Below, piece by piece: positions 18,568-27,358 of a DNA stretch of 40,096 nucleotides. The notes below the pieces were generated by a model. The model made no database searches, was not told the DNA's origin, and saw only the letters and a list, made by a program, of their open reading frames with translations. Position 1 is the first letter of the stretch; every line of letters starts with the position of its first letter. A program made the position numbers and the translations under genes. This stretch comes from a virus: IMG/VR virus record IMGVR_UViG_3300022661_000179. The stretch is one strand, 5' to 3'.

Positions 18568-18921
18568 ATGGAAGAAATTTCAATCAAAACTCATTTGATT
18601 ATCACTGATATTCACGATGAATATCATATGAATTGGTGTGGTAAGATCGCTGATGCTAAGCCACTTCTCCAAGATGGTTTACCCTTATTTGTTATCATTG
18701 GTAGCCAAGGTCGATTAGAATTGAATACTATTGATATGAAACGCCTCGAACATTCTGCAAAGTTGTTGACGCGTCCAAAAGGTCGTTCCGCAGTAACTGT
18801 TGATACCTCTCGTATTTATATCAAAGAGGTTGACGGCAATGATTTTCTCTTGGGCGTTATGACGCATAAGAATATCAAAACCTTTGCTCCCATGCACGAT
18901 AAAGTTGGGTTTATGAAATAA
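18568..18921 (+). CDS. hypothetical protein
   Basis: ORF track 18562-18921; ATG 18568 has GAGG RBS at the correct spacing. Confidence 0.6.
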   Translation: MEEISIKTHLIITDIHDEYHMNWCGKIADAKPLLQDGLPLFVIIGSQGRLELNTIDMKRLEHSAKLLTRPKGRSAVTVDTSRIYIKEVDGNDFLLGVMTHKNIKTFAPMHDKVGFMK

Positions 18922-18923
18922 AC

Positions 18924-18952
18924 TTGATTTTATAAAAAAAATATGATATAAT
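18924..18952 (+). promoter_or_regulatory. conserved promoter copy
   Basis: TTGATT 18924-18929, TATAAT 18947-18952. Confidence 0.7.
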
Positions 18953-18970
18953 ATATATGTAAGATAAAGA

Positions 18971-19037
18971 AAGGCAGACACAGCAATCATAATCCATTTC
19001 TTGACGCTCCATTCTAGAAAACGATTAAACCTGCCTT
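18971..19037 (+). ncRNA. ACAGCAA-module (short, no tRNA-like domain)
   Basis: aaggcag (18971-18977) pairs with ctgcctt (19031-19037); ACACAGCAA at 18978-18986; starts in the promoter leader. Confidence 0.45.
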
Positions 19038-19726
19038 GAAGCAACCGATAACTGATAACCCTCCGCTGAGTAAGCCTGGTGGTTGCGATTTCGACTAATA
19101 TCAGTTTGAACCTTGAAAAGTTTTGCACCTCGGTGAAGAACGAATACCATCGTGCCGAGATCCTCATCCTGCCCGTGGGCGCCAGGAGTCCGAAAAGCAA
19201 TTTACTGACGATAGCCAGTAATAGGTAGATCTGCATACAGTGATGTGTGCGGGCCGCCCTCCGAACGGAGGGGCCTGGATGGAGAGGAGTGCAAAGATAA
19301 TCGCATCTAAAGATACCGTCTTATCGCTCTCGCAATAGACGCCCCTGTGGGGAATAAGCTATGTTAGGGATTAGCTGGTGACTGTTTCAAACCATAGTAT
19401 ACCAATAAGAGAGTCTGCGTTGATGTCCGAGTAATCGGGCTATAAGGTAAGGTCGGGGTACGAGTAGCCCTATCGCAATGACGAGAAGAAAGAAATTGCT
19501 GTTTAGTGTATTTGGGTAATAGCAAAAATTATCAAATAATTCTGAATGGCGGGTGAAAGTTACAGGTAAACAACCCTGTGTAGGACTTGGCTCCAGTAGG
19601 AGCTGGGGCAAGAAGTTTAAGGGTCGCTCCCTTGAGCTCAGACTTGTCTCCCTAGTGATCGAATATAGGTGAAGGTTATAGAGAGTATGTCGAAGGACAG
19701 CAAAACTTTTCAAAGTTCTCAATATG

Positions 19727-19865
19727 AGTGGACTGGCGGAATTGGTAGACGCACCGGACCGGAAACGAATAGTGTCTTGGTCTAAAGCCGCTAACAGCAA
19801 TTCAAATCGGACAGTAAATCCGGCGCCTTATTGGCTTCTTGGTTCAAGTCCAAGGTCCCTCACCA
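19727..19865 (+). ncRNA. Leu/Tyr-type tRNA-like gene with ~47-nt insertion in the anticodon-loop region carrying ACAGCAA
   Basis: D-arm ggcggaattggtagacgc; anticodon-stem strand ccgga is duplicated around the insertion (ACAGCAA at 19794-19800); cgga-CAGTAAA-tccg arm; long variable arm; T-arm cttgg-TTCAAGT-ccaag; imperfect acceptor. Confidence 0.35.
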
Positions 19866-20199
19866 CGGCCCAAGGTTATTGTTGTAGTAGAGTTAGCCGC
19901 TACTGCGTATAAATAACTTTTTTGTTGAACAAGGCTATAGCGAAAGTCCTCGCGTGACGTATTGAGCCTCCAAGGACCGGTGCCTGCACCGGACCCGTTT
20001 TCACGATGCGTCGGGAAGTGTCTAAGCGATCTGGGTTCCACCCGGGACGAGCGCAGACCGGTAGGTAGTCAAAGCTGAGGTTAGACATATACTTTGACAA
20101 GGCATTATATATTTCGGCGGACACCGTGGCCGGCGTTGGATAATTTATTTGATTTGGTTTTGAAGTATAGTAGAAACTAAAAGAAAAGAGGTTTTTATT

Positions 20200-20607
20200 A
20201 TGTTATTTGAAACTAATCGTGATAAGGGTCGCGCTGGTATGGCGATAGCAATCGCTTATTTTGGAGCCAATGGATATACAGTAAATGTGCCTCTAAATGA
20301 TACTCAATGGTATGATTTAGTTATTGAAAAAGACGGTGAGTTCAAAACCGTTCAATGTAAAGCAACTGGCAGTGCTGATAATGTAGTTTCTATGAAGAGT
20401 GCGGGTGGCACAAAAGGTAGTGTTTATGATTCTGTACTAAATCATCCTGTTGATTATTTGTTCTGCTTAGATGGCGAAATGCATATGTATGTTATTCCAG
20501 TGCAAGATTTGCGAGATTATGGAGTAAGTAAACAAATTTCTTTGCGTACTCAAAAATCTGCAAATGGACAAGGTTTCCAAACTTATCAATATATGGTGTC
20601 TTTGTAA
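20200..20607 (+). CDS. PD-(D/E)xK nuclease-like protein (Hjc/restriction-endonuclease-like fold)
   Basis: motif YDLVIEKDGEFKTVQCK (D...ExK); similar in pattern to the 25026-25448 ORF. Confidence 0.5.
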   Translation: MLFETNRDKGRAGMAIAIAYFGANGYTVNVPLNDTQWYDLVIEKDGEFKTVQCKATGSADNVVSMKSAGGTKGSVYDSVLNHPVDYLFCLDGEMHMYVIPVQDLRDYGVSKQISLRTQKSANGQGFQTYQYMVSL

Positions 20608-20615
20608 TACCATAT

Positions 20616-20701
20616 GGGTCAGTAGAGTGTAATTGGTACCACCCCCGACTGTAAATCGGGTTCGTATGACATTGTAGGTTCAAGTCCTACCTGGCCCACC
20701 A
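20616..20701 (+). tRNA. tRNA-Tyr(GTA)
   Basis: loop CTGTAAA; long variable arm; CCA. Confidence 0.8.
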
Positions 20702-21633
20702 TAGGCTCCATGCCTAGACATAGTTATGCGTACAAGTCAAAATGAAACGCTTAGAGTTATCGTTCTCTTCCAAAAACTTCTACAATCAAATAGAATGCCA
20801 TTCGCTGCGAATATAGGCGGGGTACGATGCAAAGCTCAGAAATGAGTTCCCAAATCCTCGTTAGGGTAATGACGTGAGAACTGCTCCTATGGCTGAAGGT
20901 TCTTGGTGGCATTTGGATTAGGTGAGGTTTTTTCCTTTCGCCTGGTGACTGTGGTGAAACGATACATCCCGGCCCGTGCTGATACGTATCAGACATCTAA
21001 TTCAACGCTCCTTATTGCGTTAGATAAGGTAAGAGTTTGCTGATTTCTCTTTTGACCGGTCTGGTTGAATAATCAGATTGCAGTAGTTGTATGAATTGAT
21101 ATTACGATAATTTCTTCTTCATAGTCTACGGTCTATGTTGTAAGCAAATTATCCCTCTGCTGTAAGGTCCCTGGAGCATAAACTGAGTCGGGTTCCGAAT
21201 ATGAAGATTAAGTCCAGGCGCCCCTACTGCGAAATAAGTAGGTGAGATTGGGTAGCGATAATGATACAGACTCGCAACTGCTATATGATTACATAAAAGT
21301 ATAAAAATCTCATTCTTGATTGAGTAGCGCTCGGTAATATAGCCCAATACTGAGGTAAGGCGATGAAAAGCGAAAGATTGATTTTGAGTGGAAAATCCAT
21401 ATTGGATCGAAAACAATACCGATGGAAAGTAAAAATACCTCAATTTTGTCACAACACGGATACAAACCCGACAAAGTATGAGCGTTAGGTGGTAGCATAT
21501 GGCGACGGAAAGACCGTTAGCGCATATGGAGTAGGTAGAGTTTGAAATTCAATATGGGTTTTTTCTTGCGGCCGCCCGTCCGTAAAGCGCGCAATAGTGT
21601 GCTTGTCAGCGGATTTGGGCGACCCGTCCGCAC

Positions 21634-21662
21634 TTGATTTTTATAAAATTTTTTTGTATAAT
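21634..21662 (+). promoter_or_regulatory. conserved promoter copy
   Basis: TTGATT 21634-21639, TATAAT 21657-21662. Confidence 0.65.
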
Positions 21663-21692
21663 ATATACATAAGAAATGAAAATAAATAAAAA

Positions 21693-21787
21693 AAGACCCT
21701 TCCTGCAATCTTTTTTCTTGGATAATAATTTTTACTTCAAATGAAAATTTAGCGGTTCGAATCCGCGTAATAAATGAAAAGGGTCTT
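21693..21787 (+). ncRNA. hairpin-bounded module with T-arm (no ACAGCAA)
   Basis: aagaccctt pairs with aagggtctt; inner agcgg-TTCGAAT-ccgcg. Confidence 0.35.
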
Positions 21788-21793
21788 GTTTAT

Positions 21794-21868
21794 GCCCCGA
21801 TAGTTCAATCGGTAAAACAGTGGATTTGTAATCCTCCGTTCTCGGTTCAAGTCCGGGTCGGGGCTCCA
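21794..21868 (+). tRNA. tRNA-Thr(TGT)
   Basis: loop TTTGTAA; acceptor gccccga/tcggggc; CCA. Confidence 0.7.
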
Positions 21869-21953
21869 ATGGTGAAAACTCGTTCTGGGAGCAAACTTAC
21901 GAGTTACCCTTTTTGACACTCCCACAAATAAAAAAGAGTAAAAGGTGAAGAAA

Positions 21954-22307
21954 ATGAGATATCCAGTTGAAAAGTACAATATTGTTGTGCATCAGCATAA
22001 GGACTACAAGACCACTGAAATCATCGCTTATTCCACTTACGCCGGTAAGGTTGTAAAGGGAAATGCAATCGTTCACGAGAATGATACCTACGATGAAGAG
22101 AAGGGCAAGAAGTTGGCTATTGCCCGCTGCGCTGAGAAGATCGCCCGCAAGCGTCAGGCTCGTTCCGCTCGCTTGCTGAAGAAGGCTCATGAGCAGCTGA
22201 AGATGGCCCAGAAGTATGTTGATGATATGGCTCAATACAATGCTGATGCCTGTGCTGAGGTTTGTGAAGCTCAGAGTGATCTCCAGAAGATTCTGGCAAA
22301 GATGTAA
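21954..22307 (+). CDS. hypothetical Lys/Ala-rich protein (GC3-rich codon usage)
   Basis: ORF track 21945-22307; ATG 21954 after AAGGTG. Confidence 0.65.
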   Translation: MRYPVEKYNIVVHQHKDYKTTEIIAYSTYAGKVVKGNAIVHENDTYDEEKGKKLAIARCAEKIARKRQARSARLLKKAHEQLKMAQKYVDDMAQYNADACAEVCEAQSDLQKILAKM

Positions 22308-22311
22308 TTCG

Positions 22312-22340
22312 ATAGAAGGGGCGCTATGCCCCTTCAATAG
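22312..22340 (+). terminator. hairpin terminator
   Basis: gaaggggcgc-tat-gccccttc. Confidence 0.5.
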
Positions 22341-22344
22341 AGAT

Positions 22345-22433
22345 GGACAGGTGGTAGAGTCTGGCTTATTACACCGGTCTTGAAAACCGGCGGGCGTAAT
22401 GCTCCGGGGGTTCGAATCCCTCCCTGTCCGCCA
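22345..22433 (+). tRNA. tRNA-Ser(TGA)
   Basis: loop CTTGAAA; long variable arm; acceptor ggacagg/cctgtcc; CCA. Confidence 0.8.
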
Positions 22434-22540
22434 TCAGTTGTAGTTCAAGAAGAAGAATACCTTCGTCGACGTCGAGGAGATGTTTGGTGCTACCCGCCCA
22501 AACCGACTGAGCCTAAACTAAATAGAGAGGATGATGTGAT

Positions 22541-22870
22541 TTGATTGGTGCTTATAATAGAGATGTATCAATTCGTAAAGCCAAGAGAAAGCGTAGAATT
22601 GACATTCAGCACAAAACCAGTTATAATGATGGAAAACCTGTTCCTTGGTATAATAATCTCCATCAGTATTCAAAAAACAAAATCCATTGTTCTTGTCCCG
22701 ATTGCAATACCAAAACTCGCAACAAGGGTTCCAAGAGACACAGAAGCGGAAACTATAATCAAGCAATTCTTTATCGTGCCTCCGATTTGCGGAAGGTAGT
22801 TGCTATGGATGAAGATTTGCGCGAAGCCGGTTATTTTGCGCCTAAACACAAGCGCAATCGTTACGCATAA
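22541..22870 (+). CDS. small basic Cys-containing protein; start uncertain (TTG)
   Basis: ORF track. Confidence 0.45.
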   Translation: MIGAYNRDVSIRKAKRKRRIDIQHKTSYNDGKPVPWYNNLHQYSKNKIHCSCPDCNTKTRNKGSKRHRSGNYNQAILYRASDLRKVVAMDEDLREAGYFAPKHKRNRYA

Positions 22871-23065
22871 TGGGGCACCGCAAGATGCGGCCGCAGCCTC
22901 CTCGTTACTTTTGGCCCGACACAGATGGTTGTTGGTGTTGTAAAAATCGAAATGGTTGTTCGGGGTGTAAATTTTTGAAACGCTATATTGCTGAAGGTAA
23001 AGGTCGCAATAAAAGAAAAATTTAGCGAAATGAAAAAATTTTTATAGAAAGGAAAATGAGAAAAT

Positions 23066-23332
23066 ATGGCTAGTATTAAAGTTTTTTAGAATAATCGCTA
23101 CCAATCTCATTATGTTCAATTTGTAGCAGACACTGCAGATGATGTAAAACTTTTAAAGGTAGCAGAACTCGCTATGGGTAGTGAAGTATATGTTATTCAA
23201 GAAAAAAGAACTTATATTCTTGGTAGCGACAAACTCTGGTATTCTAAGGCGGTAAATGATGACGCAATTATTGAGTGTGATTGCGTTGAAGAATCTACTA
23301 TCTGGGAAGATTTGCCTCAACCCAATAATTGA
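23066..23332 (+). CDS. candidate small ORF with in-frame TAG at 23087-23089
   Basis: ATG 23066 after gaaaggaaaatgagaaaat; 88 codons open across one TAG; the only other in-frame start is ATG 23174. Confidence 0.3.
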
Positions 23333-23357
23333 CTTTATAAAAAATTTTTGATATAAT
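23329..23357 (+). promoter_or_regulatory. promoter copy (TTGACT-N17-TATAAT)
   Basis: -35 at 23329-23334, -10 at 23352-23357. Confidence 0.65.
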
Positions 23358-23370
23358 ATAATATAAGATA

Positions 23371-23499
23371 AAGGCATAAACAGCAATTTATTGATTAAGC
23401 CTGCCAAGCCGGAAGTCGTAGGTTCGAATCCTACCGCCCCTGCCATATAGGGGTCGTAGCTCAGATGGTAGAGCGCCGTTAAATATCAAATTGTGCCTT
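23371..23499 (+). ncRNA. ACAGCAA-module with circularly permuted tRNA-like domain
   Basis: aaggcat (23371-23377) pairs with tgtgcctt (23492-23499); aaACAGCAA at 23378-23386; T-arm gtagg-TTCGAAT-cctac plus cgcccct-g-cca, then tat, then ggggtcg-ta-gctc-agatggta-gagc. Confidence 0.5.
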
Positions 23500-23508
23500 G
23501 TGGAATAT

Positions 23509-23583
23509 TCCGGTGTCGTTCAATGGCTAGGACGGCGGGCTCTAACCCCGCATATCTCTGTTCGAGTCAGAGCGCCGGTGCCA
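23509..23583 (+). tRNA. tRNA(CUA), amber-reading suppressor-type tRNA #1
   Basis: D-arm gttc-aatggcta-ggac; anticodon arm gcggg-CTCTAAC-cccgc; T-arm ctctg-TTCGAGT-cagag; 1-72 mismatch; G73; CCA. Confidence 0.65.
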
Positions 23584-23658
23584 TGGGGGTTAGCGTAGCG
23601 GTAGCGCGGCGGTCTCTAAAACCGTTGTGGCTGGGTTCGAATCCCAGGCCCCCCGCCA
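23584..23658 (+). tRNA. tRNA(CUA), amber-reading suppressor-type tRNA #2 (Gln-like acceptor tgggggt, G73)
   Basis: D-arm gcgt-agcggta-gcgc; anticodon arm gcggt-CTCTAAA-accgt; T-arm ctggg-TTCGAAT-cccag; U1.C72; CCA; abuts the 3' end of the previous tRNA. Confidence 0.65.
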
Positions 23659-23670
23659 TTGTGCGGAAAG

Positions 23671-23699
23671 TTGATTTTTATAAAAAAATATGATATAAT
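23671..23699 (+). promoter_or_regulatory. conserved promoter copy
   Basis: TTGATT 23671-23676, TATAAT 23694-23699. Confidence 0.7.
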
Positions 23700-23717
23700 A
23701 TATATAGAAGATAAAGA

Positions 23718-23793
23718 AAGGCTCATACAGCAAATTTCACTTTTTCTAACCGACATAAAATTGGTAATGCTTGAGAGAAAAAAAATGAGCCTT
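23718..23793 (+). ncRNA. ACAGCAA-module (short)
   Basis: aaggctca pairs with tgagcctt; tACAGCAA at 23726-23733. Confidence 0.4.
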
Positions 23794-23801
23794 GTAAATC
23801 T

Positions 23802-23888
23802 GCCGGCGTGGTGGAATAGGTAGACACCAGGGACTTAAAATCCCTTGGGCCTGTGCCCGTACCGGTTCGAGTCCGGTCGCCGGCACCA
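23802..23888 (+). tRNA. tRNA-Leu(TAA)
   Basis: loop CTTAAAA; long variable arm; acceptor gccggcg/cgccggc; CCA. Confidence 0.8.
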
Positions 23889-23965
23889 CTTATCTTTATT
23901 GAAAGGATGTGTTTCCAATGTGGAGGTTGAGTGTCTTCTAACTACCGTAAAGGAGGTTAGAAGTA

Positions 23966-24262
23966 ATGAGTAGATCATTCAAACACACCCCTCGCTCGGG
24001 TGATACAAAAGACAAATTCTTTAAAAGATATGCTAATCGCAAAGTGCGCCGTCTTCCCATCGACGAGCATCCTAAAGGTAATACATACAAAAAGGTGTTT
24101 TGCCAATATGATATTTGCGACTATGAAACAGTCGGCACTTCTTTCGAGCAATATTGGGAGAGTCTCGTCAAAAGATGGTACGAGTGGGATTGGAGATATT
24201 CCGAATTTCCCGATCGCGAAGAAGCATATCAAGAATATCGTCGTTGGTTCATTAGAAAATGA
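23966..24262 (+). CDS. hypothetical protein (98 aa)
   Basis: ORF track; AAAGGAGG RBS. Confidence 0.65.
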   Translation: MSRSFKHTPRSGDTKDKFFKRYANRKVRRLPIDEHPKGNTYKKVFCQYDICDYETVGTSFEQYWESLVKRWYEWDWRYSEFPDREEAYQEYRRWFIRK

Positions 24263-24263
24263 G

Positions 24264-24292
24264 TTGATTTTTCAAAAATTTTTTGGTATAAT
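24264..24292 (+). promoter_or_regulatory. conserved promoter copy
   Basis: TTGATT 24264-24269, TATAAT 24287-24292. Confidence 0.65.
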
Positions 24293-24381
24293 AATAGTAC
24301 AGGAAATAAAGAAAAAATCTTCTCCCCTTTCTTTAAAGTTCCTATCTTCTCGGGGGCATTCCTCGGAGTGCCCCATTCTTT

Positions 24382-24456
24382 GCGGGTGTAGTACATCGGC
24401 TAGTGCGCCTGCCTTCCAAGCAGGATAGAGGGGTTCGATTCCCCTTACCCGCTCCA
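24382..24456 (+). tRNA. tRNA-Gly(TCC)
   Basis: loop CTTCCAA; CCA. Confidence 0.8.
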
Positions 24457-24583
24457 TATAAATAATTCGCCAGGTGTTGATACTGGTCCGTCTATTGCGG
24501 ATAGAAGCTCGAGGAGGGCTAGCTCGCAAATTCCGTTATTAACAGGTGGCCTCGACGGAAAAGTAATTATTTATAGAAACACT

Positions 24584-24717
24584 GAGAGCCATACAGCAAA
24601 CCAGCTTGTACTTAATAGTACAGATCGCTACTTCAAGTAGCTTCTATGATGACTTAACAGTCGCGTTTTTAAATGATAGAAAGAAGAATGGTTTTACTAA
24701 AAAAACTTTCGGCTCTC
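24584..24717 (+). ncRNA. ACAGCAA-module (no tRNA-like domain)
   Basis: gagagcc (24584-24590) pairs with ggctctc (24711-24717); atACAGCAA at 24591-24599. Confidence 0.4.
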
Positions 24718-24905
24718 CGGGAATGTGATAATCAGTAGTAGATGTGATGAGGCTCTCGACACTCATCATCGCATAAATGAAAGTTACCACCAAAGGAGAG
24801 TATTTATACAAGACATATACAGCAAAATTTTCAAAATGATAATACTCAATATTTGACAAACAAACATAGAGAATGATCTTTTTAGAAACATCTTATGTCT
24901 TGCGG

Positions 24906-24940
24906 GATGGGTCAACAAAAGGCCCATCCCACTTTTCCCT
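24906..24940 (+). terminator. rho-independent terminator
   Basis: gggatggg...cccatccc stem followed by acttttcc. Confidence 0.55.
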
Positions 24941-24946
24941 TCATAT

Positions 24947-25494
24947 GCGCCGCTAGCTCAGCAGGTTTCAGAGCACCGCCCTTTTCACACAGGAGAAGAA
25001 AGTATTTTCCCAGGAGGTGAATTAAGTGTTAAACACTCATTTCCAAGGTGAAATTACTGAACTCCAAGTTGCCGAATCGTTTTTGACATTGGGGTATCAA
25101 GTGTGTAAGCCTTTGGTATCTGATAGTCGCTATGACTTTATCGTTGATATCAACCATCAGTTATATCGTATTCAAGTAAAGACATCATCATTGAGTGAAG
25201 ATGAAGATTATATTGAGTTTAAGACTCAATCCTCTCATACAAATACTCAAAAGACAGTATATCAATCTTATTCTGCGGATGACATTGATTATTTTGCTAC
25301 AATGCATAATCATCAGTGCTATCTTGTTCCAGTTGATAAAGCTGGTAGTCGTTCTTGTAGATTGCGTTTAAAGCCTACAAAGAATGGTCAGACTAAGAAT
25401 ATCAATTTCGCAAAAGATTTCAAACTTGAAGATACTTTCATCGAATGACTGAAAAAGGCGGGTGTCCTGGGTTCGAATCCCAGGCGGCGCACCA
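24947..25494 (+). tRNA. split tRNA-Lys(UUU)-like gene: 5' half 24947-24985, 3' half 25457-25494, ~476-nt intervening sequence
   Basis: gcgccgc-ta-gctc-...-gagc-a-ccgcc-CTTTT... and ...AA-ggcgg-gtgtc-ctggg-TTCGAAT-cccag-gcggcgc-a-cca; acceptor 7/7 and anticodon stem 5/5 complementary across the gap. Confidence 0.55.
25026..25448 (+). CDS. PD-(D/E)xK nuclease-like protein encoded inside the tRNA-Lys intervening sequence
   Basis: ORF track; motif YDFIVD...QVKT; paralog-like to the 20200-20607 ORF. Confidence 0.55.
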   Translation: MLNTHFQGEITELQVAESFLTLGYQVCKPLVSDSRYDFIVDINHQLYRIQVKTSSLSEDEDYIEFKTQSSHTNTQKTVYQSYSADDIDYFATMHNHQCYLVPVDKAGSRSCRLRLKPTKNGQTKNINFAKDFKLEDTFIE

Positions 25495-25667
25495 AGTCAT
25501 TATTGCTCGACCGGTCTCGCCTTAGTGCACTGGGAGAAATTCCTCGAGACCGCCCTATGGGGTGCGAATAAGGTTTTACAGTTGGAACTAAGTGGCAATC
25601 GGATATCTGGAAATCAGATCCGACCTAAGTCCAAAGATTAGCCTTATTCGCTGTTTTTTATTTTATT

Positions 25668-25695
25668 TGATTTTTATAAAAAAATATGTTATAAT
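25668..25695 (+). promoter_or_regulatory. conserved promoter copy (16-nt spacer)
   Basis: TTGATT 25668-25673, TATAAT 25690-25695. Confidence 0.65.
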
Positions 25696-25727
25696 ATATA
25701 TGTAAGATAAAGAAAGGGGAAAATCCT

Positions 25728-25931
25728 ATGGAAATCAATATTGACAAGGAAATTGATAATCATAGATGCCCTACAATATGTTTATGCACTGTGGCAACAA
25801 CTTGCTATGAGCCAATAGAAAGAGAGCAAAGATGTTATCGTTGTTGGAAAGGATATTGCCAAGAGCATAACATTACAATTATCTACGATAATATACCACG
25901 CCCGTTTAGCTCAGCTGGTCAGAGCACCTGA
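25728..25931 (+). CDS. small Cys-rich protein; 3' end overlaps tRNA-Lys(CTT)
   Basis: ORF track; RBS aaaggggaaaatcctatg. Confidence 0.4.
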   Translation: MEINIDKEIDNHRCPTICLCTVATTCYEPIEREQRCYRCWKGYCQEHNITIIYDNIPRPFSSAGQST

Positions 25932-25976
25932 CTCTTAATCAGGGTGTCGAGGGTTCGAATCCCCCAACGGGCACCA
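25900..25976 (+). tRNA. tRNA-Lys(CTT)
   Basis: loop CTCTTAA; acceptor gcccgtt/aacgggc; CCA. Confidence 0.8.
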
Positions 25977-26393
25977 GGGTAGCTCCTCACAGGGAGGATA
26001 AGTAATGTAAGTAGTACGGAAGTAAAAACTGCGATGTGGAGATAAACGCCCACTGTCGCCTTGCGTGCGCGAAACCGGTGTAGCGTGGATGGGGTCTCTC
26101 CAGAAGGCTACATGAAAAAAGCGAGGTTCGAGTCCTCGAGTATCCACCATTATCCCGCGGAATGCGGTGGCGATGAAGCCAGGGCTTGTCCGGAAGTGCT
26201 GGTGGAGCCTCTTCCCAAGGTTGGCAGTATACGAATAAAGAGGGGTTAACCTTAGTGCCGAGACTAAGACTTGAACGGTCAAAAAACTGCAATCATATTA
26301 GGTACAGTTTACTAGTGACTGGGTAATATGAGCCTCTTGGAAGAAGGATTAGTGTAATACACGCAATACAGCACGCCAAGAGGCAATTCACAC

Positions 26394-26470
26394 GGGCCTT
26401 TAGTACAATTGGCTAGTGCGCCCGGCTCATAACCGGGACTATCTGGGTTCGAGACCCAGGGGGCCCACCA
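26394..26470 (+). tRNA. tRNA(CAT) fourth copy (initiator-like GGG/CCC anticodon stem)
   Basis: loop CTCATAA; stem cccgg/ccggg; T-loop TTCGAGA. Confidence 0.6.
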
Positions 26471-26483
26471 AGAGGAGGACGCA

Positions 26484-26949
26484 TATGAAAGTTTATACAT
26501 CTTATTTCTATAAGATACGATTTTTCAAACCGAATATGATTCCTATTTCTACTGCGTTATGGGACCCCAAATGGTATCATCAAAATCGAGACCAAGGACA
26601 TTGGTTCATTGATAAGAATGGTGTTATCAATGGATTGCGGGCGCCCGACTTCGCGCCCGGTAAGGTGGCGACCGCAGTATCTAATTGCGGAAGTTGTTCT
26701 GATAAGAATCCCGATCAATGTAATTTCCTCAAAGCATATGCTCATCAGCTAAGTCTTTTGGAAATCAATGATATTATGACTCGTACACGCAATTTATGCG
26801 AAGCTGTCCGTTCAGTAGTCGGATATGAGGGTGAACCAATTCCAGTATTTATTGTGCATGAGGCTCCTGATAATCCGTGCTCTGAGCGAGTTGTAATTCA
26901 AAATTATTTCCGCTCTAATGGCATAGAATGTGAAGAGTGGCAAGAATAA
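26484..26949 (+). CDS. hypothetical protein (155 aa)
   Basis: GAGGAGG RBS then ATG 26484; the ORF-track start at 26416 is read-through from the tRNA. Confidence 0.65.
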
Positions 26950-26951
26950 AT

Positions 26952-27037
26952 GTCAGCGTAGTCAAGTGGCTTAAGACCCCGGTCTGCAAAACCGCGTGCC
27001 TTCAATGGCGTGAGTTCGAATCTCACCGCTGACTCCA
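26952..27037 (+). tRNA. tRNA with GCA (Cys) anticodon on a class-II (Ser-like, long variable arm) body, U73
   Basis: acceptor gtcagcg/cgctgac; D-arm gtca-agtggcttaa-gac; loop CTGCAAA; variable gtgccttcaatggc; T-arm gtgag-TTCGAAT-ctcac; CCA. Confidence 0.55.
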
Positions 27038-27060
27038 AATTTAACAATGAGGTATGATGT

Positions 27061-27306
27061 ATGTTTAAAGGCTATAAAATCAAATATGTGACCTATGGAT
27101 GGGGCAAAGATGGCCCCAAGTTGTACGGTGTTTTGATGATAAAATCAGATCGTGGTTGGGTTGTTGAAGTATGGCCTTGCGACACGCATGGCTCCCAAGT
27201 GTCCGATCCTATTGAGTGGGATGATGGACTCTCTTGGTGGAGCGCTCGCAAACTATTTTATAAATGGTATGCTGAGTATGACCGATATGTAAATAATCGT
27301 ATATAA
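27061..27306 (+). CDS. hypothetical protein (81 aa)
   Basis: ORF track. Confidence 0.55.
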   Translation: MFKGYKIKYVTYGWGKDGPKLYGVLMIKSDRGWVVEVWPCDTHGSQVSDPIEWDDGLSWWSARKLFYKWYAEYDRYVNNRI

Positions 27307-27358
27307 TTCTGCTTAGCAGGTTATAAATATACTATAAAAATTGAAAGGATGTTTAATT

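Noticed and set aside
23493-23693. 66-aa ORF 23493-23693
   Set aside because: It lies entirely over the two tRNA(CUA) genes and is an artefact of their GC-rich stems.
24981-25456. Group I intron in tRNA-Lys
   Set aside because: Only about 50 nt of the intervening sequence is non-coding, the intron does not end in G before the 3' exon, and no P7-like core was recognisable by eye. It could still be a novel or degenerate intron, so it is reported as a split tRNA rather than a group I intron.
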